Shown piece by piece: positions 46,571 to 63,654 of a DNA stretch of 64,000 nt (position 1 is the first letter of the stretch; each line of letters begins with the position of its first letter). This stretch comes from the human T2T-CHM13v2.0 reference genome, Homo sapiens. The stretch lies in assembly GCF_009914755.1 (NCBI RefSeq), contig NC_060935.1; one strand, 5' to 3'. The notes beneath the pieces are model-generated. The model had not been told where the DNA came from. It did not search any database and worked only from the letters and a program-made list of their open reading frames with translations. The position numbers and the translations under genes are program-made.

Positions 46571-46643
46571 TGTGTGTGTATGTGTGTGTATATATATGTG
46601 TGTGTGTATATATAGATGTGTGTATATATATACACACACATGT

Positions 46644-46682
<39 letters not shown>
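46571..46682. repeat. Compound (TG)/(TA)/(CA) microsatellite
   Basis: Seen directly. Confidence 0.95.
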
Positions 46683-46939
46683 AATACATTCATTAAAATT
46701 TTTGTATGTGTCCTAAACTACATCCATTGCAGTTTCAGAAAGATTAGTTTTTGGAAGATAAAGGACCACATATTTATTTTCACAATCATCAAGAAAGATT
46801 GCTCTATGAGTATTAATTTTCATTTTTACTACACACTAAGTACTGTTATTTAAGAAGCAGGCCCTACACTCAAAAACAAAGATTTAAGCACAAATAACTT
46901 ATTTTGACAGTAAAAGAAATACTAGCCAGGGTAAACAAA

Positions 46940-47520
46940 GTGTGGTGATTTTGTACCATGTCAACAACACTTGCCGTAATTATCTTCTCTGTGTGTTTCC
47001 AGGTTAAAGTTGGCCACAAGGTAAATATTTACAAGATGGTGAAGGCAGAAGTGAAATAGCAGCTTTAATGCTTAGGGGTCAGGTTAGAATGCCAGAGATT
47101 TATGTTGCTCAAGCACATTTCATTGATCTTTTGACTCACTTCAAGAGTGTGTGAAAGCAGCCAGGTCTTTCCTGGATGAGCACATATACACTTCTGTGGC
47201 AAATAGTTCCAATCTTTCTAAAGATAATCTGTGGCATTGGGGACAGAGACAATGAGAGACAAATGTGGGTTTCTGTCTATGTTCATGGGTTCCAATCAGC
47301 CTCTTTTCTGTCACTTTCTATCAGGTTTCTTTTCCTGATTTCCAGAACTGCTGAAGTAGGACAACTTCAGGCCCATCCCACAATGCAAAAGCAATAGTGT
47401 TCCATAGACGTTTCGACCAGTTCTCACAAGGTTGTAAATTTTAAAATAATAAATCTCTTATTTCATATGAGAAGATAAGACTCAGAGTGGTCTTACCTTC
47501 TTAATGACTCCCTAATTCAT
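46940..47520 (+). mobile_element. LTR33-like (ERVL) LTR
   Basis: TTTCCAGGTTAAAGTTGGCCA..GAAGGCAGAAGTGAAATAGCAGC..AATAATAAATCTCTTATT. Confidence 0.6.
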
Positions 47521-47543
47521 GAGACAGAAGGAAAGAAAGGCAG

Positions 47544-48458
47544 TGTGTTAGTTCATTCTCACACTGCTATGAAGAAATGCTTGAGACTGGGTAATTTATG
47601 AAGAAAAAAGATTTAATTGACTCACAGTTCTGCACGGCTGGAAGGCCTCAGGAAGCTTACAATCATGGTGGAAGGCACTCCACTATGCCACTCCACCGTG
47701 GCAAGAGAGAGAATTAGCGCCCAGTGAAGGCGGAAGCCCCTTATAAAACCATCAGATCTCATGAGAATTCAATCACTTCACAAGAACAGCTGGGGGAAAC
47801 CACTCCATGATTCAATTACCTCCACCTGGTCCCACCATTGACACATGGGGATTATTACAATTCAAGGTGAGATTTAGGTGAGGGCACAGAACCAAACAAT
47901 AGCATTTCAAACCTGGCCCCTCCTAAATCTCATGTCCTCACATTTCAAACCACAATCATGCCCTTCCAACAGTCCCCCAAATCTTAACTCATTCCAGTAT
48001 TAACCCACAAATGGAACTCCAAAGTCTCATCTGAGACAAGGCAAGTCCCTTCTGCCTATACGCCTGTAAAATCAAAAGCTAGCTTGATACAATGGAGGTA
48101 CAAGCATTGGGTACATACACCTGTTCCAAATGGGATAAATTGGCCAAAACAAAAGAGCTACAGGCCTCATGCAAGTCTGAAACTCAATAGTGCAGTCATT
48201 AAACCTCAAAGTTCCAAAAAATCTCCTTTGACTCCATGTCTCACATCTGGGTCACAGTGATGCAAGAGGTGGGCTCCCATGGCCCTGGGCAGCTTCACCC
48301 CTGCGGCTTTCAAGCAGGGTTCAGCTCCCCTCTCAGCTGCTTTCATGGCTGGTATTGAGTGTCTGCAGCTTTTTAAGGTGCACAATGCAAGCTATCAGTG
48401 GATCTACCATTCTGGGGTCTGGAGGATGGTGGCCCTCTTCTCACTGCTCCATTAGGCA
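47544..48458 (-). mobile_element. THE1D-like LTR (47544-47904) plus truncated internal region
   Basis: TGTGTTAG...AATAGCA LTR; internal colinear with 10649-11210 and stopping at CCATTAGGCA. Confidence 0.9.
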
Positions 48459-48460
48459 AT

Positions 48461-49727
48461 AAGTAGAGCTAGAGCTATGTCAGTAAGTAGAGTAGAGCTA
48501 AGTAAGTAGAGCTAGAGATAAACAGGTAGGAAAAGACAGGAACATATAGGGATAGATGAAGACTAGCAATATAAGGTCAGTGCCCTAAAGAGGTACAAAA
48601 GTAGGGACTAGCAAAGACTAGCAGAGATTTGCAGGGACAGACAAGAACATTCTGAATTATGGAAATTAGCTATGGCTCAAAGGGCAAATATAAAAGGAAT
48701 AGAGGGGAGGGAGGTAAGGATAAAAATGCTCTTTCTTTTCTCTCCAACAGGACCTTTCGGTCCTTTAAACTTAATCGAAGGACGGATGCACTGGTGTCTG
48801 CAGCTTTTGCTGATGCACAAGCATTCCATTCTTTAACTCATCGTAATGCCACAGGCCTTAGAAAAAGATGGTCACATACAAAGAGCTGGGAAAAAGGAAG
48901 GATAATTATATGGGGACAAGGATTTGCTTGTGTCTTTCCAGGTGATGATCAGATGTTTGTGTGGGTGCCCACCAAACATCTGAAGATCTATCATGAGCCA
49001 CGGCATCTAGTGGGCCCACCTGTACAGTGCAAATTGAAGGTTTGAAAATCCTCAATTTGCTTTCTCTGTGCCTTCTGTTAGAAGGGGCCTGTTTCTCATC
49101 AGTGGCCTCCCGGTCACAGCCACAAACGTTTTTGCTTCTGTTTCAGTAGATTTACTAACGTGGGGGTGAGGGTATGCTTGTGTTTCTGCAGGAGATGAAC
49201 TAACCGTGTGGATGCCCTCAAGATGTGTATGACCATGGAATGGCAGACTGGAGGGACCCATGGATCCCAACCATGGACCGGGTTCCCCCAGTACGAGGCA
49301 TGAGCCAGTTGAATCTGAATGCAAAGATGGAATGAAGACCGACCAGAGTCACGATGCTTAATGGACCAGTGCTTTCCGACTCAGCTCCTCTCTACCCTGA
49401 ATACAAGAGACCCTAATAGGCAGGAATATCACTGCCCCTATTCAGCATGAAGAAGTTACAGAAGACGGACCTTTATCCTTCTGCAGCCCCTGGGATTAAG
49501 GGTCCTCTTGTAAAAGGGAAAGGGGAAATATGTGAGAAGTACTCAAATCAGAGTGACTCCAGTTTGAATAAGGGCTAAGGAAAATGAAGCTGGATCACCA
49601 ACTGGTAATGAAGGGCTGCACAGCCTGCAATCACCTTGCTTAGTTAAAAGGCCACCTTTTATGCTAGTAATAATATTAGCTAGTAATAATGATACCTTCT
49701 CTTTTACAAAAAAGAGAAGAGGGGGCA
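48461..49727 (+). mobile_element. ERVK (HERVK14C/HML-9-like) deleted, mosaic internal region
   Basis: Betaretroviral integrase fragments [15 protein letters not shown] and [30 protein letters not shown]; PPT AAAAAAGAGAAGAGGGGGCA before the LTR. Confidence 0.8.
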
Positions 49728-50317
49728 TGTTGGGAAAAAGCTGAGTGTTGGGAGAAGCTGAGGCAGGGCTTGCATGTCTGACATAATGTAAAAAAGTGTT
49801 GGAACATGTCCGGGGTCCAGGATCTAAAACCCCTTGTGGCCTTTGGAACACCAAGCTTTGTGCTAAAGGGTGGAAGGCTCCCCTGATGCATCATCATCTA
49901 AGCCCAGGGCATAAAATCCCTCGTGGCTTGGATAAAATCCAGGGCTCGTGGCTCTGGAATAGTTCTAGACTTGCTGGCTCCTTGCTCCTTGCTCTCCCAG
50001 GATCCATTATATCTGGATTTAAAAGAACCTGCCCTCCATGATCTCAAGTAGCAGAGCAAATGCTAAACCATCACAGCTGTAAATCATGTGCTTAATGCAA
50101 CATGCCCTTTCGACCTCCACATTCTCACCACCTGTTTCTCCGTTGGATTACCAATAAATAGCGTGGGCTCCCAGAGCTCGGGGCCTTTGCAGCCTCCATA
50201 CTCTAGCGATGGCCCCCTGATCCCACTTTACCTCTCAAACTGTCTTTTTCTCAATCCTTTGACTCCGCCGGACTTCGTCACCCCCATGACCTGGTGTTGG
50301 GTCTGATCACCCCAATA
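49728..50317 (+). mobile_element. LTR14C-like 3' LTR
   Basis: TGTTGGGAAAAAGCTGAG ... TGATCACCCCAATA, 590 bp, AATAAA at 50153. Confidence 0.8.
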
Positions 50318-50499
50318 ACTCCCAAGAATAATTCTCCAGGTCTTTTAACCTTCCACATCTATAGGCAAAGCAGGCTCTAGTGGCAAGATAAACACCTCCA
50401 GCAAAGAGATAAAGCTGCTGGCAGATAGAAGTTGAGTGACCTGAATAGAAAGGGTGCGGCCACAAAGATATATAGGTTGTTGGCAGAATCATTTATGAT

Positions 50500-50690
50500 A
50501 ATAAGCACTATCTCATTTGTCCTCCCAGCAGCTCTACAGGTATTCTATATTATTTATACTTGTCTTGGTAAAGAAAACAGATTTAGAAATCCTAAGCATA
50601 TTTTCCAAAGTCACAGAGTTGATAAGTGGAAAAGTTGCGTTATTAAACTCAGGTGTGAATGATTTTAAAGTCTATGCATTTAATGCACTA
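50500..50690 (-). mobile_element. MIR
   Basis: AAAGAAAACAGATTTAGA...TTCCAAAGTCACAGAGTTGATAAGTGG. Confidence 0.6.
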
Positions 50691-51469
50691 TAGGAGCTGT
50701 CAAATAATATATTCGGATTCTTCAATTCAGTGTGGCAGCAGCTGTAGTTCTACCCAGTTGTGACAGAACGGTTTTCACATTGGGACTCATTGCAGATTAT
50801 TTGGAGTTGATTAATTACTCTGACCCTGTCTACACTATAGAATCACACTGCAAACTATGTGGGCCTACCATTGAAGATTTTGCCTAACAGGAGTCCAGAA
50901 AAAGGTGTGCCTAGAAAACCAGCCAAAGCATAAAATACAGGATATAGAATATGTTTGAAGCAAATTACTTCTCCTTTTTATTAATACTTCTTTTGTTTCA
51001 CCATAGGCTATATCTGCATCATGGGGACAAATGGAAGATAAGACTCTGATCAGAAGTTAAAAACAGCTGTGTGGTTGAGCCAAACTTACAAGGTAGGACT
51101 AAGATATACAAAAAAGATCACAGGTGAAGACAAGGTTCATCAACAAAGGGAGAATTTGTAGGAACTAGTGAACCAGAAGTAAGTTCAGTAATTGAAGCAA
51201 GTTATGTTCAGCAATGAAGGCAGGGACTAACAATAGAGACAATTTAAGTAAGTGAATAGAGAGACTGGATGGGGAACAGATGCTGAAGCAGTCCCCTGAT
51301 GTCTGGAAATATTGTTTGACCTCACATCTCTCCAATCCCTGCTTTACACTCTCTGCTCTGACTTTATTAAACCTTTTGAAGATTCGCCAGCATAGTGTAT
51401 TCTCTCTTACCTCTGAACCTCTGAATATATTAGTTACTTTACCTGGAAAACACTTCTTTCTACAACTAA

Positions 51470-51751
51470 TAACAAAACCAATGATAAAATGTTGGATGCT
51501 TTTCTCCTGATATTAGGAACAAGGTAAGATGTCCACTGTTATCTCTTCCATTTAATCATATATGGAAGTTCTAGTCAGTGAATAAAGCAAATAAATAAAT
51601 ATATAGCATAAAGTTTAGAAAAAAATAAAGGAATACTAGCTTTATTTGAAGATATGATTGTTTATAACATAAACACATACTAAAATAATTACTACAACTA
51701 ATAAGTAAATTTAGCAAGTTTGAATTTTCAATATTAAAAAGTCAATTACAT
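51470..51751 (+). mobile_element. Old L1M ORF2 fragment (left part of a split element)
   Basis: ATGCTTTCTCCTGATATTAGGAACAAGGTAAGATGTCC...ACAACTAATAAGTAAATTTAGCAAG. Confidence 0.75.
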
Positions 51752-55712
<3,961 letters not shown>

Positions 55713-57230
55713 ATTCTAAATTTTATATGTGCATACAGATTTTCCAGAAGACCTGAAACAGTGAAAAAGAGCAAAATTGAAGAACTGGCACCTGATTTCA
55801 AGATTTAATAAAAACATAAAAAAATCAAGGCTCTGTTAATGGTATAAAGATAGACCTATCAATCTATAGAGAAAAAAATAGACTCCAAACCTAGACTCAC
55901 ATATACATGGTCAAATAATTTCCAACAAAGGTACCTAGGTAACTTAATGGGAAACAGAACATCTTTTTCACAAATTATGTTGAAATAATAATCTTAATGG
56001 CAAAAATTAGAACTGTAAAATGTCTAGAGGAAAAAAATAGAAAATTTTTATGGCATTGGCGAAAGCAAAGACTTCTTAGATGGGGCCACTGACACAGAGA
56101 TCATAAACTGAAAGCAAAAAAAATGCATAAATCCTGCCTTATTAAAATAAAAAACTCTTACAGAAACACTGTGAGGAAACAAAAATGACAATTCAGTTTA
56201 GAAGAAAATATTTACAAAATATATATCCGACATGGATTTTCTATACAGAATATCTGTATGTGTATATATATATATATACACACACACATATATATTAAAC
56301 ATATATACACACATATATATTAAACATATATGTGTATGTGTATGTATATATATATATATATGTTTTACCACTCAGTAAGGCATGCCAAACATATGAAAAA
56401 CAAACATAGACAAACAACCAAATTAAAAATGTGCAAAATATGTGAACAGACCCTCTGCAAATTAGGATATATGAATGAACAGTTAGCATATAAGCACATA
56501 TTCTAAATCAGTAGTTATCAGAAAAATGCAAATTCAAACTGACTGGAAATTTCTAGTGTTTATCAAAACTTGGAGCAACTGCAATTATCATACATCATTG
56601 GTGAGAATATAAGATAATATCATTAGCTTCTTAAAATTTTAAGATATATCTACACCACAATCTAGGCTTTCCAGCTATTCTTAGCTATTTACCAAGAGAA
56701 ATGAGAACATATCTATCTATCTATATATCTATATAAATATATAAATAAAGACATGTATTAATGTTCTTTACAGTTTTATTTACAATAGCCCAAAGCTAGA
56801 AATTACTCAGATGTCCATCAAAAGGTGAATGGTAAATTCAACTTGGTTTGTTCATACAATTGTCTACTACTCAACAATAGAACGGAAAGACAATACTGAT
56901 ACAAAAACACAGATGAACCTCAAAATAATGATGCAATATGAAAGAAGTCACACCTAAAAGAATATATACTATATATTTTCACTTACATAAATTTTAAAAA
57001 ATGAAAAATATTATAATTTATGGTGACAAAATGCAGATTAGTGGTTTCTTGAGGCTGTAATGGGGAAACAACTGGATTTCAAAGTGGAATGAGGAATCTT
57101 TTGTAGATGATGCAATTGTAGTGTATCTTGATTGTAGTGGTAGTTTCATGAGTATATACAAATGTCAAAATTCATCATGTCATGTACCTTAAGTGGATGT
57201 AATTCCTTATATGTAATTTTTATAAAAAAA
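55713..57230 (+). mobile_element. Old L1M (ME/MD-like) 3' part (right part of the split element)
   Basis: GATTCTAAATTTTATATG... ORF2 remnant through 3'UTR TATCTTGATTGTAGTGGTAGTTTCATGAG. Confidence 0.8.
56255..56362. repeat. Compound (TA)/(CA)/(TG) microsatellite
   Basis: Seen directly. Confidence 0.9.
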
Positions 57231-58276
57231 CTTGTTTAACTCTCAATGAAATTTTTTATTTTCAATTCAGCCAAATTATTTTTGTAATAACAAAGATATT
57301 TTGGAAGTGTCTACTTTGAAATGATAAGATATGTCATTACTTGGCATTATCAAGGTCTAATCTATTTAGAATTAAACTTCATGTTATTAGTAGAAAGACT
57401 AATACTCTGCTCAAATGGTTTACTGTATCACACATAAACACAAAACAAAAATCTCTCAAGCACCTTCCTAAATAATAGTCTAACAACAAAAAATTGTATT
57501 ATATAAATATAGTGTGTTACACTGAAATAACACTATTAAATTTGCTGTACTCTTAATATCTATGCAATTATAATTATCATACTAGGGTTGCTAAAGTTAA
57601 TAAATACTTGTTAACTGCTAAAGGCAATTTTTCAACATTCTGCCTGACAGTACCCTGTAGCTATGGCAGTACAGATTTTGCAGCATTAAAACCTCTGCTA
57701 TAAAGAGCAGCTGAGCATGTCATTTCACTAATAATTAATTTTTTTCCTTCATTTTCAGAATCTTTTAGGTTGAAGAAACATTTGCTAATAAATTCATGAC
57801 ACCATAGGTAGAAATATTTTTGGATGTTTAGTTATCATACTGACATCCTTTTACACTTTATCTAAATAACTCCATGTATAATGTCTTATGTCTCTAGGAG
57901 ATCTACGTTTTAAAAACATAATTTTTCTCAGAGTAAGAAAGTCAATTCTTGATTTTTATAATTTTTTTAAGTAGTACTGATTACCTTCTAAACTATTCAC
58001 TACTTTTAAAGAAATAATTTCTGAATTTTCTCCTAACTTCTTCCAATAGTTTAAATGTGAGAACTGTCAATATTTAATTAATTCATTCACCTTATAACTT
58101 TTTCGTTTACTGTTCTCCTGTGTCATCTCACAATTTATAATGATAATAGAAATAATTACACACGTTACAATAATTACACATATTTTAACTTTATATCCAT
58201 GTTTTTGTTTGAGTTAATTTATTAAATTTTGTACATAATATTCAGTTCAATTTAAAGAGATTTAAGACACAGTTTA

Positions 58277-60927
58277 TGCTGCAAAGTATTCTGCTAAGGA
58301 GAAACCAAGACAAAATTATATATGCAAAAGATATATTGGGGGAAATATTTTTGAAGATAAGGGAGGAAAGCTCAAAAACACAAGAGGAGCCTTCAGACCA
58401 TCGTATATATCTGACAATTTTGAAGAAGAAAGAAAAGGAAGAAAAACTGAATAGAAAGGATCACAGTCTGCTCCACAGTTCTAAGAAAGTTTGGCCAGGC
58501 AAATGGATAGTGCTTGAGTCAGAGTTACATGTCAAAAGTATCCTACATTTGCAGGAATGTCCAGAATTGGTATCGCTAATACGCTCAGTCCTTGAAGGAT
58601 GATCCTGGCACAAATGCCATTCTTAATTTACATGGGAATCTTTTGGAGCTCTCAGTCAATGAAACTACTCAAGTAGATCTAAAGAGTGCATTTTCATGAC
58701 CACTGTTTTTATCCCTTGAACTACATAGATTATCTCCATATATTCTAGAGCAAAGTTCCCAGATGATTTCTGTTGGCCTCTTAGGGGGAAACTTGGAAAA
58801 GGGAGAGGAGAAAGTAATGGGGCAAATAGCTTTCATCACTGCTATTGCTCTTAAGGTACAAATTATTCTCATTTTCTCAAATCAATGGATTCTAGATCTA
58901 AAAATTGGAAAAAGCCCATAATTGTGCACTGGAGCTATCATCCTCAAAGTCTCCTGTTTTATCATTCTTCTCTTTTTCTCGTTGTAGATATTAAGTATGA
59001 CCTTAGCTGGCTGCTCATTTATTTTGCCCCTAGGGAGGACATGCTCTATTAATCATTTCCACAATTTCTTGCAGATCAAGGCCCCTGAGCTTCTTCTTAA
59101 CATTGCTGATAATTGAGGCCTCCAGGCTTCTGGCCTTTAAGCACTTCCATGTGACCTCTATTACATGGGGTCCCACAATTTCACTGGATATAAATGAGCC
59201 CAACTATGAGCCACCTCTCCTGCTGTGAGCACTGGTCTACACTTGAGAGTTACCACTAAACATTCTTTTTTTTTTTTTTTTTTTTGATGCTGATCCTCCT
59301 TCAACAGAGCACTCCTGATGGCTTCAGTGAAGCGTGTGTTCTTTGAACTCTTTAATGGAATATACTACTCTGGTGCATCTTCTCTTCTTGCATAATGTAC
59401 TCATTCCAGCATGATCACTCAGCCTCTTCATTTCTCCTTTTAGAGTATGCCCGGGTGATTCAGGCACTACTTCACTCATTGTTGGCCAGTTCTCCAGGCT
59501 TTTAAGATGCACTCAAGGAAAAATATTTCTCTATTCCTTGAGGTTTTGCCAGGATGTTTAAATCCTGTATGCTGAGACATGCACAAAAGTCAATGGATTC
59601 TGGCTATTTCTGGCCCACTTAATTAAACACCCACAAAATCCAAACCTGGGATACTTTCCTGGTTCTGCCAAAGCATGCAAACTAATTTCTTCAGTTCCTT
59701 TGTCGTATATTGTATTTCTTCTCTAATTACAGCCAGCCTGCTCCTGGCCAGGGTATGCTGGGACTTTGCCCAGATCATCCTGGTTGCAGGGGGTGGGGAG
59801 ACCTGGGCAGCTTCTGAGGGAGACATCTGTTACTTTTCAGTGGAGAGATTTCTGCAGAGGGGTCTCTCAGCAGAGAGTGGCACTAGTGATTATTAGGGAA
59901 GGGTTGCCAGCCTCTCCAAGCTGAGATGTCAAGGAGATCTGCTGAGATAACATCATCGGGGTTCCAACCAGATATTTGTAAGTTTCAGGGTCCCTGGTTT
60001 TCCCAAACAGAGTCCTGAACTTATAATAAAAGATATACCCTGGCTGAACATTTATACAAATCTCTAGAGCTCTGTGACTGTATTAGATCCTTGATCTGCT
60101 GCTCACCTGTTCTGGCTTTTCTACTTCGGGAAATAAACAGTTATTTTAAGCTGTTAAGGAGCTCCTCTGGCTCTCGCATTTAGGTCTTGACTTCTTTTTA
60201 AAGACTTCAGTCTCCTATCAAAACAATTTAGCAGTAACCAGATAATTCTTTTGCCTTTGTCTGTATTGCTGTCTTCATATATTTTAACTGTAGGATTCAT
60301 CAAGTGTATGTCATTCTTCTCCACATCACCAGCAGTGACTGCAATTGCTCTGTCACCTTGTTTCAGGAGCTATATGACTCAGGATGGTGCCCTCCTTGTA
60401 TGGGGGTTGGTATGTGAGCAAGTCACCAAAACCCATCTTGTTGCCTATCTTCCTGTGTCACTCTTGGCTCCCCTCATTTTACTTCAGGTCCTCTGAAAAG
60501 CCAATGATAAGATGAAATTGTACAGGCAAGAACTATATTGAGAAAAAGGCTCATGAAGAATAAAGGGGAGCAAGCATGAGAAGGAGGGGAAAACTTTTAC
60601 ACCTTACTGCAGTGCTGATAGCTTTGAAGACAAGGTGAGGTGAAGGAGGATTGTGTAGGAAGAATCTCAGTCTGCAGCACAGTTCTGAGAAAGTTTCAGA
60701 GGAGGGCAGAATGTAGTTCTCCAGCTTGTTTCCTATCAGAAGAGTTCCCCATCTTTCAGGAACAAACGTCTTTTAGTAGCTCTGCCCAGTCAATGGTTGG
60801 GAGCAGAAGGTGGGAAGCATAGTCATTGCATGGGCACATTGATAAATCTAGGAGGGCAGCAGGTGGAGCCTTCAAATATTCTCCCTGCAGTAGAAGATCT
60901 GAGTGACACATTTTCATGGCCATCACA
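58277..60927 (-). mobile_element. Ancient ERVL provirus remnant, LTR16-like LTRs (58277-58705, 60475-60927) with deleted internal region
   Basis: Two diverged direct repeats sharing CAGTCTGC..CACAGTTCT(A/G)AGAAAGTTT and AGATCT...CATTTTCATG(A/G)CCA; ERVL-type leader left of 60475. Confidence 0.7.
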
Positions 60928-60929
60928 TA

Positions 60930-61260
60930 GAGGAAGTAATTTATGCAAATAAAGTTTCAACTACACAGTGAAGAACCCTAAGGGAGGTACAGATGAAATG
61001 AAATGTCAATTTAGAGAAGTAGGAATTATTTGATGATAGATCTGTGGGGAAGCAATAGTTTGGAAGGAAGTGAAGTCTACAGAATATTTCATGCACTGGA
61101 AATGGGACTTAATGTAAAAAGGGATGGGATTCAATGTGGAAGAAAAGAGTGAACAGGCATTCCAATGGGAGGGAACAGTCAAAGCAAAACCTTAGTTTCT
61201 TTGGGAAATGGCCAGAAATAGGGCTTGAACTGTATGAAGTGGCATCCCAGAGGATATGCA
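60930..61260 (-). mobile_element. L2 fragment
   Basis: CAGGCATTCCAATGGGAGGGAACAG..AGCAAA motif. Confidence 0.55.
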
Positions 61261-63654
61261 TGAAAGAGAAGTTGTGAGTAAAATTTTTCATCTATTATTC
61301 ATTCTGGGCTCTGAGAACACTTCCTATAGCACTCAATCACTTTAATTTTTGAGGCTGTTCTTTCAACCAATCTTCTACTGTCAACAGTTTAAGATAAAAA
61401 ATCTGATTAAGGTATTTAAACTCTTGCACCTAAGGCAATACCTAACAATAAATAACATTGAATAAATATGCGCTGACTGAATAAATGATTACATATTAAT
61501 GAGGATAAATGGTGTAGGAAGACAGACTCAGTTTGTCCTTTTTTTGGTTGTTGCTACAATTTTTTTATTTTTTTCTCTGTATCAGTCAGTTCAATACTGA
61601 ATTAAAGTTATTTAGATAAAAATATTCCAAGTAAATCTTCATCATAACTAATATTCCTAACTTTGAACTCAAAAAGTAATGACTCATTTTAATTTTAATT
61701 CACTTCCTCTCATTATTGTACTGATGTCTATTAAATTAAAATCTTAGCTACTTCTTGTTTATATTTAACATGTAATATTCTTTACTTAAAATGTAATATT
61801 CTTTTACTGATTATAAATGTAACACACTGAATTAAATGAAATCACCATAATATCACTATGGAAAAATAATCATTAATATTTTAATGACATTTCTTTTAAT
61901 ATTTTATTGAAAAAATTCTTAATCTCTAATGACTTAATTAGTTCAAATGTACTTTTCATTATATTAAAAATATAGCACAAGCAGGCAGACACTATATTAA
62001 ATATGTAAGATACTTTTTCTAAAATTAATAAAAGGTAAATTGTTGCATTTCCTTAAGTAACCTGTACAGTTCCTCCATTATTATAAACAGATGTAGTCAG
62101 CTTTAATATTTCATTATTCATATTGCCTTTTAAGGAACCTCAGAAACAAATATGATGCCCGAATTATAGCATCTTCTGTTCCTCATTATTGAATTTTTAC
62201 CTAATTAGCCTTATTATAAAAGCCTATTCCTTTCTGAAGGTTAAATAATAGAATAAAGGATCTTTAATGTGTTCAGTTTCCATTTGCCCAGGACTCATCC
62301 TGGAATAGCACTATGCTAGTATCTATACAATTTCAAATGGAAAAGCAAAACAGAGACTCTTAGCAGGTCTTCAGTGTTAAGAAATATTTAGCTATTCTAA
62401 AGTTTACACATAATACATTTTATTAAATTATCTGGTTTTAGTATTTTCAGGTTAGTGTTAGTCACAAAAGCACATAGCTTTAACTGTTACAGTTAACTCT
62501 TTAACTCTTTTTATAAAAAGTATTGAATTATCTCTGCCTCTGTATTGACTTTAATGAATTGTTAACATTTATTGAGTCTCCAGATCCACCATTAAAGCAA
62601 TATCATTTAAATCAAGGACGTGGAAGATACTCTTGACTTTTGTGGTTAATCCATTGAGAGGAAACATAATTAACACAACTGTGGAATACAGTTTCCTAAG
62701 TATCATTAAAAAAGAACATGGCATTTGAGCTTATAAAGTGACTTCTGTTCACATCAGTCAGAAAGCTCAAAGTTTAGTTGAAAGAATGCAAACAATTGTT
62801 TTAGATGTTTTCTCAAAACTATACAATCTGAACAATAGAGAACATTAAATTTTAGAATTAAGAAAGATCTTGGAGATATTTCAGTATTTGATGCCAAATA
62901 CATTTTATCTCAAGTGACAAATCTACTTCACTGTTAGAGACCAGGTGAAATTCTATGTTAAAAATGATTTTAAAGTTGATACTGACTTCAATGGAGGAAA
63001 AACTATAGTATAGTTGTATAGCAAAACCGTGTATATATAGTAAATAGAAATAACTAGATACGGGCTGGGTATTTGACAATTTTAATTTAATTCCCTTTAA
63101 ACTTTGAAGTAGAGAAAATTTGAACTTTCCAATGTCATGCAAATGGACCAAAGATAAAATTTAGGCCTCTCAATTCCCAGATTACTGTTTTTTCTTTCCT
63201 GTATTTCCTTCTGATGACTTTCTGTCAAACTAATTTGATAAACTGCTTGCTTAAAACACCTATGTGTAAGGGAAGTGACGTTTTAACTATTAATTTACGT
63301 GATTAGGAATCCAAGGCTAAGGTTTCCATAAATGCATTATGAAACTTAAGTGTTGGATAAATTAATGATGACATAATTAAATTAAATATTATAGCGTTGA
63401 ATTTTTTGTGACTTATCTAAACTTAATATTTTTGAGTATTAAAACTAGGAAAAGTTTAAAATAATTTGTTGCTTAAAGACCTTAAAATATTTTATAATTA
63501 TTGATGACTAATTGGTGAGTTCAACTAAATCTATATATCAGTGAATAATGAATAAGTTGTTAAAAACTTTACTTTAAAAATGTATTTCAAACTAATCAAG
63601 ATATTTTAGCTATATTGATGTCTATAGAGGCTAGTAAGACATTTGCTATACTAT

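Noticed and set aside
61770-61808. ~21-bp tandem duplication ATGTAATATTCTTT(T)ACT
   Set aside because: Ordinary slippage duplication in AT-rich DNA
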